In this document: positions 41,717 through 56,000 of the stretch, one piece after another | How the letters are laid out: every line of letters begins with the position of its first letter | Position numbering within the stretch: position 1 is the first letter of the stretch | Assembly: GCA_903813345.2 (NCBI GenBank) | Contig: CAIIXF020000001.1 | Location: 682,001 to 746,000, forward strand | DNA length: 64,000 bases | Direction: 5' to 3' | Source: Owenia fusiformis | Taxonomy: Eukaryota | Program-made: the position numbers and the translations under genes | Notes under the pieces: generated by a model | The model's database searches: none | What the model was told of the DNA's origin: nothing | Seen by the model: only the letters and a program-made list of their open reading frames with translations

Positions 41717-42138
41717 ATATAAGGGTTATGTACTGGGAGGTTTTGGATATGAGGTTTATCCAGAGGGAGATATGCATATCTACCTGAGGGACAGTAGGGA
41801 CCGAAGGTAGATGTGCATATCTCACGAGGGATGAACCCAATATCCAAACCGACCGTACATAACTGCTTTATCCTATACCAAGTAGAGTTTTCAGGGGCAT
41901 ATGGCCATTTCAATAGTACAAGGTGTAAAAATAAACAAATCATTCATATGCAAAGTCATTTTATTGCATTTCCACTACTTACCGGAAGCGGGAAGATATG
42001 CACCGAAGCGGGAAGATATGCACCGAAGCGGGAGATATGGCGGGAGATATGGAGGTTCTGGATATGGAAACCTCAAAATCAGGATACGGGATATATCTTA
42101 CCAACTTATCTCCCTAAAACTCCACTTGGCATAGGATA
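41717..42138. mobile_element. Unclassified element with terminal hairpin plus a second inverted-repeat pair and an internal 20-bp tandem repeat
   Basis: Hairpin at about 41726-41862 (TTATGTAC..GGATAT..GAGATATGCATATCTACCT / AGGTAGATGTGCATATCTC..ATATCC..GTACATAA). TTATCCTATACCAAGTAGAGTTTT at about 41867 is inverted with AAAACTCCACTTGGCATAGGATAA ending at 42138. Internal GAAGCGGGAAGATATGCACC repeats. Confidence 0.55.
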
Positions 42139-43369
42139 ATGTTCTTTATTTTAGCCGTTCAATATTCCTCGCGCTTTTGGGCTGAATTATGCGTGTCATT
42201 AGCAAGGGTAAGAATATCAGTAAAAACGAAATCCATTTCTTACAATTTGGAGTATGTACTGCAACAGGAAATTAAACGAAATAAATGTTACAAATGAAAC
42301 AAATTACATAATCAGCACATCAACATTTTGAATTGTTTCTTTGGTATTGATGATAGTATCAATGAATCGTTTTTATATAAGAATGAAATATACTAAAAAT
42401 ATTGTAGTTTTTTTTGAAAATGGGTGGTCTTTATTAGGGTGGTTCAAAATATTTTCTTTTGAAATAGTCATGCTCCGGACATGAATTGGGTTTCCTTTTG
42501 GGGGAAAACTGATGTGTGAATTTTTTCTCACAGCCCTCAGTTTTACCATTGGATTAACATTAGTGGGCGTCCCCCATGTTCCACATATTCTTGTTGAGCT
42601 AATGTTTGTTTTGTTTGTCCAAAAACTGCACTGTTTGGTGATAATAAGCACATAGCAATATGTGAAATATACTTACATATGTTGTTTTATTGTTGGGAGT
42701 GGTGATAGGGTTTCGTCTTTGGATAAGGGAGACATAGCCTATTTAATTTAATTTAATTATTTATTTACCTGTATTTAAACAGAGTGGTTTTACAAACATA
42801 TTTACATTTGGTAACATTTGGTATTGTCTCAGCTTGCTCAAACTACCAACACATTTATGCAATAGAATTAAGTCATGAAATTACATTGAAATTAAAATTA
42901 ATTTTTACAAAATAAAAATCCAATTTAATGTAAATAAAGCCTTTAAAACGTCTTGAGTCTGTGTGAAAATTCGGATGAAAATGTTCTAAGAAATAAAACA
43001 CACGGAGCTCCTTAAATATTGGTTCAAATGTTGCTGCGCTGTATTGTGCTACGGAGGATTCCTCATATTTCGAAGTCATGTCATGTACTATAACTGGTAA
43101 AATATTCGGATACAAATCGACCGCCTTCATTTAACTGAAGTTCATCCATCTTTATAACCCGTTGGAGACCAGTGATTTTATAGTCCCATTTCATTGAAAG
43201 TTCACACTGTTCATCGTCCTCTTAAATTAGAAGATTAAAAACATAGTCATCAACTGTCTTGTGGAACACTATAAAGCGATTCGTTAATGCTAAACCTGGC
43301 GATACATTTGTTTTCCGTCCTTTTGAACGGCATTTCTTGCACATCCGCTTCATAATGTCCTAATATTGC

Positions 43370-43597
43370 CATATAACACATGACGTATGACATATGCCAT
43401 ATAACACATACCATATGGAACATGACATATAACATATGACATATAACACATGACCCTGACCCATGACACATGACATGACATATGACACATGACATATAAC
43501 ACATGGTATACAACAAATGACATATGATACATGACATATAACACATGTCATATGACACATGACATATGACATATAACGCATGACATATAACACATGT
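43370..43597. repeat. Degenerate (CATGA/CATAT) microsatellite-like tract
   Basis: Repeated CATGACATAT/AACACATGAC units, which generate the YVMCH-type pseudo-ORFs. Confidence 0.9.
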
Positions 43598-46481
43598 TAT
43601 ACTTTCGTTGGAAGATTGTCATACTTACCTTTCCCTTCATCATATGCAACTTCGATGCCTTATTAAGTATCTATCTCAAAAAATATTTTCCAAGCTTGAA
43701 GTTTCACTTTTAAGGCTTTCGTTCATTGTGAAAACATTTAGTTATTCAGGGAATCTTGTTCGGATATATTTGAACTTAATATCTTTTGAATGTATCCATT
43801 TTCATGTAAAAATGACGAAATGCATAAAATGACAAAAGCATTAAATTTCAGTACAATAATAATTACAGTGATTTAAGCGTCATGTTTTGGATTACATCAC
43901 CTTGGTTCTTAAGCCAACCATTTCTTTATCTTATATTTCAGCAATAAAACTGATAATTGGAATAAAAAGTTGCCTTCTTAGAATTAATCTAGATCTGACC
44001 CAAATTGAGCTACAGTGTTTCTAGGATGTATGAATTTACTTACTTTTAGTACCTAATAACGTCAAGGCAGCGACTGTCGTAGCTTTGAATTATTCAGTTA
44101 TTGCGTCAGTAATCCGAACGTTGAGTCGTCTTCAATTTTTATTGTTATAAAATACATTTTGCTAGTAGATCTATTATATCATTTACTGAGGCACAGTAAA
44201 ATGTTAATTTATTGCAGAGGAGATTTTTCCGGTTTTGGAAAAAGCTGATACAGTTATGCAGTTAATAATGTACCATATAATTGATATTACATCCCAATTC
44301 CGTACTGTAATGTTCTATATGGAGATCTCAATTCTAACAACCGATGGGCACGCTATCGAGTCATTTCGATCCATAAACTCCAAATGCATCTAAGCGAAAA
44401 AATCTGGAAACGATATTTTATTAAAGATCGTAATTTATGATCAACCGTCATATTTTTATAGGAGGAATGGTTTGCTAAAACTCTTGAAGTATCTGATCTA
44501 GTGGTATGTACATCGTATCCAGCTGATTCAAGGCGCTTACTACAAGTTACAAGGAAATACCGTACTATATCATAGACTTGAGTTATGTGATCCTAAAATA
44601 TATAAAGATCCTCAATCAATAGTTCACCTTCTGGAGGACACGTTTTTAGAAAAAAGGTGATTATATATCGATTTACTTTGTTTGGTTTCGAGACAGTACA
44701 TTCAGATTTCCTAATCATCAACACTCCGCTTTTGTTCATCAGACTTGACTCTAAAGAGAGAGGAAGCGGATGTTAATGATTTTTATGGTTCTCGAGTAGC
44801 ATTCCGCTTGAAGTCTGGAGAAAAACGATACAATAATAGACAATGTACGATTGTTTTCTCTATTAGTGATACAACTCTAGATTTCATGTGCGTATAATAA
44901 TTTCAAAACCTATCCAAGGCTGTTGTTATTTGATAATCTCATGCGATGCATTAATTATATCAAAGGTGCCAGCGTTCTGCACTTTAGAAATTGGTATATC
45001 CCACTGTGCTTCTCCCCCAACAAGTTTAAATTGCCAAGCAATGAGAGAAGTTTTTATAACGAGTTCAATTAACACAGTCAGTCGTTTTTCTTTGCTTCGT
45101 CTAGTCAGACTCAGGAATCGTGAGTTGTAGACATTGTTTTTCTGTTTTATCTAATTCTGATCTACAACTGTTCATGATCGAACATGAACTTACGGCGCTA
45201 AGAATAAATAGTAAGTAGTCGAGATTCTAATCAGATTAGCAGAGGCTATTTCATTATCTCGAAAACAACTACTACTAATATATAGTCACTAGTCAGAGAC
45301 GGACAAACCAATAAACACATTCCAATAGTTTGATTTCGCTTCTCATAAAACAACTTCATCTGCATAGTTGTACTAAGATCCTCCCCAGGGTTTAGTCTAA
45401 TTTAATTTTACCTGAGTTTCATATAATTTTTCAAAACTGTAGTTTCATGTAAACTTTTAAAGACAATCAGTGCAGATTTACCAAAATGCAATCACCAGAT
45501 ATGTTACTTTTATAACACATATATATGAATATAGATATAGACAACACAAATGAAAAATAGTTGCTGGGGACTAGCAAAGTAACCTAGGAGATATCTGCCA
45601 TCTGGTTGGCTGCGATACGGCCATTCATGAAGTCACAACAATCAGGTGATATCGTATAAGTTGAATGTTATCAGGAAAATATATGGAAAATCTGTTATCA
45701 GAAAATTGACTCATTCAACGACTTTCCTTTTCAATTCTGAATTCTGAGATCTTTCTTTTCCATTCAGTTTTTCTATAAGAGATTTTCTTATGAATTGATA
45801 ACATTCGAGACTAACATTTTGAGGATATAACCAGAGCTATTCATAACCAACCAATTCAATTCCTCTTGATTCTGATCCCCTAACCCTTCACAAGTAATAG
45901 CTCGAAAATCAGTTTAATGAAACCATAATGTTGGAATAACAACTCAATAACTGTCAACAAGATGAATTGTCAGACTTTTTTAAGAAAAATGTGAAGCTGT
46001 TTGATTAATGGTTCCTTAATTATGTTTGATGATAAATAGGACGTACATAGGTTCAGTTCTAGGTTGTAGTTGTCTATTTTGAATTCATATTCTGAAAATA
46101 CTGAAGCTGAGGCCAACAGGTAAATGTTCTTGTATTTAGGAAAATCGATGTGGTTATGATATATATGACTAATATAATGTATTATGTACTAAATTATATA
46201 TAAAATGCCACTAAAAGACAATATTCACGACAAAATTATTTTACTCTTAATAAATATTCAGGCGGATATGATTTTACTCTACTTTATAATTTATATTTCT
46301 TATAAGAAATTCTGGAAACTAATATTACCATGCCTATTAACCTCTAAAAATAAAATAATACGTTGTCATTACAGAAAAAGATTAAGATAATACAATACAC
46401 AGTCCGTGGTATGACATTTCTGAGACATCTCAGAGTATAGACATATTCAATTACCACGTAACATTCACTTAGTTATATATC

Positions 46482-46930
46482 TTTTTTTTTTTTTTTTATT
46501 TGTTTTTTATTCATCAAACATAAAATGTATACATATAGGTGAAATATTATACAAGTCACTCCATTACCCATTCATTCACATTCTCCACTCATACCATCAT
46601 ACTGTTAAAATCCATTTTCATTTTTAAACAATAATCTAAATATGCCTTAAAGTTGTAATAATTTGGAGGCTCTTGTTGCATTTTCTTATTATATAAGTAG
46701 TACTTTCCTATAATAACTACCATATTTTCAAAATCACTCCATTTTGGGCTACCAAATACTACTGTAAGCAGAGAAAATTTTTCGAGATCTTTTAATGTAT
46801 TATCTATTATTGATTTCCAAAACTGTTTCGTATAATCACAATTAAAGAAGATGTGGTCACAAGTTTCTATGTTCACATGGCAAAACTCACACATTGGTGA
46901 AGGTGTTATTTTGTATTGAAATAGTTCACT
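46482..46930 (-). mobile_element. 5'-truncated L1/Tx1 LINE 3' end (CCHC zinc-knuckle region, 3' UTR, poly-A tail)
   Basis: Minus ORF reads ...YKITPSPMCEFCHVNIETCDHIFFNCDYTKQFW (zf-RVT-type CxxC..HxFxxC). T16 run at 46482-46497. Candidate TSD GTTATATATCTTT (46472) / GTTACATATCTTT (46931). Confidence 0.88.
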
Positions 46931-47022
46931 GTTACATATCTTTGTCGGCTTGTTGGCTATTTGTGTTTCAAAAAAATCAAAACATATTACACTAAAAATC
47001 AGATAGTTTGTTCTAGAACACC

Positions 47023-50000
47023 ATGATGCTGTGGCTGTTTGTTTTGGCAGTCCCTGCTGTAATTGCCATTGATCCTGACTACTACCCCATGATCATGGGT
47101 AAGAAATGGTTTTCGTTATAGAGTAGTTTCTATATAGATTTTGAAATCTCGCTTATTCTCTTTTTGTGAGATTTTAAAAGATTTGCATATTAAACCTTTA
47201 ATGACTTACATTTCCTTCGTTTTAATAGCACATTTTAATTTATTGAAAATATTTCCATATTAACTTTGATTTATACAATTATGGATTCAACTTTTCTTAA
47301 TAAAAGTCTTGGCCATATTTCCATTGATGCAAGCTATGCTAACATTCTACATTGATTTACTCGTTGAACAACCAAAGTGTTCAAAATTAATCACAATATG
47401 TTCATGTTGACAGGATCATTCCAGAGTGTGCCATTCGAGTTAAGGGATTCAACCAACACTTTTTGATGAGTCATAAAATTAAGTGATTTAGTTTTAACGT
47501 TGTTCAGTCTATTGCAGTCTATCCCATTAAAAATAAAAACACAGTGCTGACATCTATTTATCCAGCTTTGTTCAGCTATAAATCAACATATTGCTTAAAG
47601 CTATATTGAACAAATGTCAGGAAGTTTTGTCAAAATCTAAGAATTATCATTGTCAAGATCCCTATCTTACCTTGGTACTAGGATAACTCATATTGCTACG
47701 GGATACTGGGGATTTCTCAATTTTAAGCCAATACCTTATTTCTTTTTGGAATGAATCCAAAAATGGGATTGTGAACTGACCTTGGTGACATCATTAAAAA
47801 GTGTGCACAATGAATCATTTCATTGATTTACCTCATTCTGAATATGGACTCCGTGTCTTATAAATGGAGAATCAAATTAAATTTGAGAAATCAGATCATT
47901 TGTCTTCTAATACAATCGCACACAATACAGATTATTTAACCATTGTAATTGTACATCATATTGCATGGGGAGTTGATATCTCAGCTAATTTTATTGATAT
48001 GTTCTATCAAATGATATTGGGTAAGAAAAGGTGTCTCTTCTCAATATTGCTTACCGATTTCTATTTTTAGAATTGAGGAACAAATAACAATATATCATAC
48101 TCGAAAGCAGGAAGATTTCAATACTTTCCACAAAATTAATTAAGTGAGTTGATCTTATCTGGCATCACTGAACTTTTGACGCTCTGAAATAACAGATAAC
48201 AACGTTCATTATTGAACCCATCGATCAAAAATGAATCACCTTTCTTCGACGGTAAAATGTTTTGATTTTATTTCTTTGCACAGGGTGACACAAAAATCTC
48301 ACCCTTTAAATTTTGAATAACTTTCTCAATAATTAAGGAATCTTCATGAGTTTTGTTTGTAGATAAAGTTCATTCGATTTGAATGCTTGCATAACATCAA
48401 CAACTTTCAAAATAGATATATCGATATCCGTGGAGGCATGCTCTGTCACCAAACCATTCAAAAATGTAAATTATTAAGATTTACTCAATAATTAAGCGGA
48501 TCGGTTGATGATCAATTTTAGAAAATCAAATTTTTGACGATTATCTTTGTAATGGTATATTATTTTTTAGATTTTTTATTCGTGTAGAAAAAAAGAGAGC
48601 TCTCGAAATCTGCCATCCGGTTCTTATGACCTATACTGATTTTGAGATAGAGAGTCCCAAAAGAAGGTCAGCAGAAGATTTATCAAAATCCATCGAGATC
48701 CATATAGAAAGGACCAAAAACTGTCAAATAAACGAAGCAGGAAAAGCAAAGTGTAAAGCTGTTATAAAAATACACCCGCTGTATCCCAAAACTATCGTTA
48801 AAAGAAATAATAGGGACCACATAATTTTCGCGGTAAATATCACAGTTAAATTTAATATTAAAATTCCTTGAGAGGAATTAATTTCTTAATTTTTCTCAGT
48901 ATTTCCAACAAATCCCCCACTCTATGTCTTGATTAAAAGTTTATCAATTTTGAGACATTTGGGAAATTTGACTCTCCAAAAAGGATGAATTTCGAAGAGT
49001 TTCAAATCTATCGAGATTAGTATTATATATGGAAAGCTCATGATTCTGAATCTGATATCGATATGGAGATCCGACTTCCTGTTGATTTGTTTTTTTAACT
49101 AAATAAGGACAACTTTTCATAATTTTCTTTTTACTTTCAAATACGTTGAAGCAAACTAAGGAGACCTTAGAACGTCAATAACTCATGTTTTTGAGTCTCA
49201 AGGACAAAGTTTAGGTCATTTTCCTAATGCTTGCAATAACCACACTACTGTTCAAATGTCAAAATCACTTTTTCAAATAAAAATCTGAAATCTCGAGTCT
49301 TGAATTGAACGTGAATGATTAACGTAATGTCCATTTCTAAAAATATTTTTGAAATGTTTCAAGCAAAGGTTGAAATATATCAACTCAATCTATATGGGGT
49401 CTTCTTTTCTTATGACAGATTTACACTTACAGTTTGCTTTTCTTGTTGGGTTTCTTTGGAGTTTTTGGTCACCCTTCCCTTTGGCATTTGCGCTTATATT
49501 CCCTGGTTAGAAAGTTTTATTTCTAAATTGTCTCATCTAACAATGTGGACTTTTTAACGTTCAAAGTTTAGTTTCACCCAATCAGCGAATCCCAGAAGTG
49601 GAATTACAGGAATATCGAATATCGAAAGTTAAAGGTTCATGTAGGAGCATGGAGTGCTGTAAGACAAATAGTGCTATCTTTTTGCTTGACATGTTGTAAA
49701 AATTTAGGTCATGGTAGTCATCCCATCATTTTGTGAAATGTGGTCATCAAAATATTTTGATTTCAACACTATGGTACGGTTTTGGTTGTACTATTCATTT
49801 AAATGTTTGGTAGTAACTAAATTGAAAGAATTAATTAATTTTTTTAGGTTCTGAAGCAGGCAAGGCGATGTGCAAAACAGGATATTTCAAGGCCGACACT
49901 GATAATTGCTGCTCCTATCACCAGTGCTATAACAGCAACCAGGGTATCATGGTAAGCCGTACATTGTTACACTGAACCAACTACAGATATACATGTACAT

Positions 50001-53000
50001 TATAATCCTATCACCAAAGCCATTGTCATCAAAAAATAAGCTTTCAATATTTTCCAGTTAATTAAAATATATACCAGTGCTTCAATAAAATACACAAATG
50101 GTGTCATTATGATTAACTCTTTTTCATTTTGAAAGGCCTACAAACGCTGGTGTTGGGAGCCGATGGTTTGGAATGAGGAGTCCTGCACGTGTGATTTCCC
50201 TCGATATGTCCCTGGCTGTGATAATTTGCCGAGTGACTGCTGGGGTAATCTTTCTTCTGCAAGTGTACCACTATATCCCGATTCCCATATTTTGAGAGTT
50301 AAATGTGACTCATTTTCAGTTTTCCAATCAAAGACTTACCAAATACCTGATAAGTAATTCCCAAAGTGTATCGTAAACGCTACATAACCATATCTTACTC
50401 CCTATCACATCAAACTAGTTTTCAAATATGTCTTCTTCGTTCATAAACAATCTTCAATATGTCCATCTCATTCGCAGTTTGTTCAGATCACACCATGTCG
50501 GTGTGCACACGTATTGCAATCGATATCCGATTGCACAACGTCGTATTAGTGCGTCCGGGTCGTCTTAAGTACGTTGTCACTCGTTCTGAGTGCAGAACGT
50601 AACGTCACCAGAAGATTTTGAGCATGCTTTAAGTTCTGGATGACCTACTCGTTCAGGTAGTTAGATAAAGTTTGTAAACAGACCCCAAACGGTAGTACGT
50701 CATATCCGTTCGTGCACAGTTAAGCCCGTTTTCTAGAACATAGTGAGAACTAGTTTGGTGTGATAGTAGGGTACTATCTCATCAAACTAGTTCTCACAGC
50801 TTCTAGGTCGAAAACGGGCCTAAAATGTGTACAGATTTAAACAGATTGGGCGTACTTCGAACCGTGTGGGGTATAGTAACAAACTTCTGGAACGTACTCG
50901 AACGGGTAGGTCCTCAAGAACTTAGTGCATGCTCAAAAGAACGATTTTGGTTTGGAGAACCAAAGACGATTTTCGGTTTGGAGAACCAAATTCATCTGCA
51001 TATTTCGACATTATCAATGTCGCCAAAAATGTTCATATTTTTACCTATTGTAGATTTAAATGTCCTCTTTTGTATACTCTAGTTCTAGTGATGGTAATAT
51101 CTTTAATTTTTTCATAAAAAATATAAGCAAACCCCCTTCGTAGTTTTCATGATTCGTCCAAACTTTTGAGCAACATGTTTTTCTTAATTCTGTTGGACGG
51201 ATGTAAAATAAATATGCTTATTAGACATATTGAAAAACAATAAATTCTTCAGAATTATGCAATACATGTTGTACAAATCATGAAAACGACGTAGGGGGAG
51301 GGGGGAGGGGTTCGCTTATATTTCTTTATGAAAAAATCAAAAATATTACCAGATTACTTAAACTAAAGTATTCAAAAGAGGACTTTTAATCTATAATACG
51401 TAAAAATATAAAAATCTTAACCTGAACGAACTGAAGAATGAAATGGACGTATTGATGACTGGCTATGAACGAAGTAGCTAATAATGTTACCCTACTATCA
51501 CACCAAACTAGTTTTCACTTCGTTTTCGAAAACGGGCTTCAACTGTGTACGAACGGACTGGACGTACTTAGAACCGTTTAGGGTCTATTTACAAACTTCA
51601 TAGAACGCACTCGAACGGGTAGGTCCTCTAGAACTTAGAACATGCTCAAAATGTTCTCGTGGTCGATACGTTCTACAATTAGAACAAGTGACAATGTACT
51701 TACGACGAGCCGGACGTAATACGAACAGAACCGTCGTACTTTAATCCTACTAGGGACCTTTTAACAACGAGTTGAACTGTCTGAGGACGTATTAAGAACG
51801 AAGTAGAACTAATTGCAAACGTGTTTAAACTAATTAGGAACGTATTTAAAACGCAAAAATATAGCTATCACATCAAACAAGTTGCCATTGCGTTCTTCAA
51901 AACTGTTTTTAAACTGTGTGCGAACGGTATGAACGTAGCTGCAACTTTCCAAGGTCTATTTACGAACTTCATGAGCGTTCTCAGACGGGAAGGTGATTTT
52001 AGAATTTTGAATCGGTTCAAAATTCGATGGCGACCATACCGTTCTGTAATCAGGTCATGATGACCTTCTAGACTAAGGAACGCGTTATACGACGTTGCAC
52101 ACCGACGTGGTGCGACCTGAACGAACTGCGAATGAGATGGACGTATTGAAGACTGTTTATGAACGAAGTAGCTAATTATTTTTCGTAGGACTGGCAAGAA
52201 CGGGTAAGAACTAGTTGGGTGTGATAGGGGGGGGGGTTAGACGCTTTTCCCAACCATAGCCAGACGTAGCCCGTTTTACGACAATTTTGTGTAAAATCAC
52301 ACCAAACTAGTTCTCACTATGTTCTCCGAAACGGGCCAATATAGCACTAAACAAAAGTTTCAAAAAGGCATAGTAAGCCTTTAATGTCCTGTTTAAGAAC
52401 CCTTGTCTAACTTTCGAAAATGGATTCTACCAATACTATCCAACACGAATCTACTTCTTAGGATTCGATCAACTTGAGTTCTGAGAAAATCAAGATTTCA
52501 GGAAGGGTACATTGGCTTTACATGGTGACATAGCTGATGGTATCCACACAATAAGTCATTGGTCAATGGTGTGTCTCCATGTTGAGTTAATGCACCCTTG
52601 CTAAATCCTCATTTTCTCAAAAGAACTCAAGTTGATCGAGACTCAACAAGTAGATTCATGTGGGACAGTTTTGCAAGAATCCATTTTTAAAAGTAAGAAT
52701 ATGGGTTATTTAACAGAACATTGGACTTGCTTTGCCGAACTTTTGTTGGTACTAAAACATTGTACGAACGTACTTCGACCATACTAGGGACGCGTTAACG
52801 ACGTTGTGTAACTAACTACGGGCGCAAACCGACATAGTGCGACCTGAACGAACTGCGAATGAGGTGAACGTATTGAAGAGTGTTTGTGAACGAAGCCAGT
52901 TTTACTCAATTCTTGTAGGACTGGAAAGAACGGTTGACAACTAGCTTGGTGTGATAGGGGGGCGTATATATACATATACATGATATATAGATGCTGGTAA

Positions 53001-56000
53001 TTTTGGTTGTAGGTTCCCCAGACGACCACAAGGCTCCTCCGTTCTGCGAAATTAATGATCCAGGTAAGCGTTTGAAATAGTTCTGTCGTGAGATTGTTCA
53101 AAATAAGACAATGGTTAAGCCGATAGATTGCTGATGTCAAAGAAATTATTTTGACTTTTGATTGAAAATTCCACATGGGATATTCAATGCAAAACATTTT
53201 TAGTTCTAACTAACAATATGAACAAAGATCATCACCCTTCATTCAACAGTAATCCCGATTTACTTTTTCAAAGCAAAACGAGTGGTGATCATAAGCGTCC
53301 ATTACTTATTGATCACTCTCGTAACGCCTTATATCCACATTTTCCAGATACTGAATGTTGTCAAGGTGTTTTTGACAGAAATACCCCTGCAAGTCAGAGT
53401 CAACCGGGAGTAAAGTACATCACCAAACTTCCAAACACAAACACTTGTAAGTAGAAACTATCACTACTGTTGGTTTATAATGTTTATGAAATGTTCGGGG
53501 CAAATATTAAAGCATGAAGTATTAAAAGGTAAGCTACTAATTTAAAGATTGTCTTAGTACCAACGTTTTTTGACTAACATTCATTTCGTTTGATAACCTT
53601 ACCTAAATCATGATCATGATTTATACATCATTTTAGGGAAATCGTCTATTTTAGCATCTATGATGTAAGCAGAGGCACATTTAACATGCTAAAACATATC
53701 ACTTTTAATTTTAGCTGCGTATAAAATCTGTACTTCGGATGACATTAATTATTGTCCGGATGCTATGGATTTTGATCTAGCAACATGTTGTTGCGAGGAA
53801 AATATAAAAGGCAAGTTCTTACGTCATTCAATACAATTCCCATATGAGTGTATTGGCTCTTCGCATCAGCCCTTATGCCAAAGTCACTTTTACGCCGGAC
53901 GCCAGCCGATTAGTAGGAATCGGCTGATTTCTAGATGTACTTCTAGAGGTGACTTTTTGCGATGTTTAAAATTCGCTTTGGGTATGGTCGCTCTTGCCAT
54001 CACACGGCGCTCGCAATTAATTTACCGAAAAATCTAACAGATTGAGAAAAATCAAAAAGTTGAAAAATCAGGAAAACATCAGCAGCTTTTATACCTGTTG
54101 AAAAAATCAGCCGATGCTTCCCGATAACCACTCTGCGCCCGAACGGTGCACGGGTTTGCTGGTCAACGTTTAACACAAAGTTACTGTCATCAATGGTGAA
54201 TATCATTTTTGAGTTAGTGTATTATCAACTTAAGTTATAGTCATTCTAAGTGAAACTGTTTTCTTTAAAATTCCTCTAAAAAAGATTAATGCGTGTGTCT
54301 GAGCATTTTTTCCTGGCTGTTAATTACAATTGTTACGTTATTAGTTTGCATAGCGAAACATTTGTAATCAAGATTCAACTTAGTTTAGCTGAAATCGTTG
54401 GTTTATCAAAATCGAAAGAATTTTGGCCACCATCTTGAATGATACTAACTGCAGTTAGAGTCATCCAGCTGTGGAACAGTGTTATTGGAAATCGGAGCAA
54501 ATTTGACCAAGGCATTAGGCATTAGCAATTATTTGGAATTAGTATTAGTATTTGGAATTAACTGTCCTGTGCGTCATGTTAGTTTATGCTTACGCTTGTA
54601 TATTTACAATTGTTAATTAAAACATCGCCTCCTTGTTTTCAGAGATGTGCAATTGTTATGATTGGCAATTCAAGAGAAAGGATTCCTTTGTTGATGTTGA
54701 CTGCGGCGCAGTACTGAACAAGGGTAATTGCAAGGTCAACAAGGATCTAAATGCGACAGAGGGCATAGTAAGTGAATAAAGAAATGATGCATCGCTATAT
54801 CTTTTTTATTTTGCACCCCTTCCCCTTCGGGTTTCCAATCGCAGGTCTCCTTCTGGATCACGTGTTAAAGCCTGTTTGTTTGGCGATTTAAAAATCATCG
54901 TTTGTCATGTTAATTCCGAATTACAGTAATAGAGGCACAACATTAAGATTCAAACATTAAAATGCTTAACATGCTAACCAGTTAATTCATGTTGCCGAAA
55001 CTTATGGATGGGAGTGTACGTTTGATTGTACGTCATATGAAGCTGCTCAATTTGTGTTCTTTGAATATTATTCCAGGTTGGACAAAATGGTACTGAACTA
55101 GACACGTACGCTAGATGCAGCGGCAATCAGGGAATGGAACTAGACATATTCAAAAAGGGATACTTTGGAAACAAGTTTGTGTTCGCGATGTACTTCAGGT
55201 AACTCATACGATTATCTTTTTAATAACGATACTAAGATTGATCCAAAAGTGCTGCAAGATTATGATCAGCAATTGTAATTATGTATTCACTTCGTTCTGG
55301 CTTTCGATGGTATATTACAACATATTACAGAGACAGAGAACAGAGACAGCACAAACAACAGATTACGGAAAATTACGAACGTAATATTAATTCACTTACA
55401 GTCATATCGTGTGAATTCTTGTTGAACTCACAAATGTTAATATTTGATTTGGAACAGGTGTGACGAAGATAGTGGTAATTGTGTTGACGGTTTGCTGCTG
55501 GACAACGGTGTTAATGCTGCAGGGCAGGGTATCACTCCAACAATTGTATCCGCTATTCCCGGGACTTCAAACACTGTTACGGTATGAAAGCAAGTAAAAA
55601 TACAGACTCTTGTCTTGGTTGTCTCTTTCCTTACCTCGAGAACATGAGCAAAAGTGTAAACGCTGAAACAATGACAGTTTAAATAACGTGAATACAAAAG
55701 TGCTAGGAGGACAAGTTGTGACGTTCGTTGTTATTTGTGTTTGTGGAAGTAATATGGGCATATTTGCTTTCAGACGATGATTGGTGAAACAACATTCGAA
55801 AATCCACTAACCGAGGTAGGAGTCGAGTGTACTAGAAAGCTTATGCTCCCCAATTTATAACGTATTCTGATTGTCACTTCTTTGACATCTTATATGAATT
55901 GATGAGCTCATAGTGCGATATTTTCCTAATATTAAAACGCACCATTACTAGTTCTGTGCTCATTTCTGCTTTTCAACTAGCAATATACAAACAGAAGATT

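Noticed and set aside
43250..43593. Three overlapping Met/Cys/His/Tyr-rich ORFs
   Set aside because: They come from a low-complexity CATGA/CATAT tract.
44305..44360. LYGDLNSNNRW as an APE-endonuclease GDFN motif
   Set aside because: It is a single short motif with no other LINE endonuclease or RT motifs nearby.
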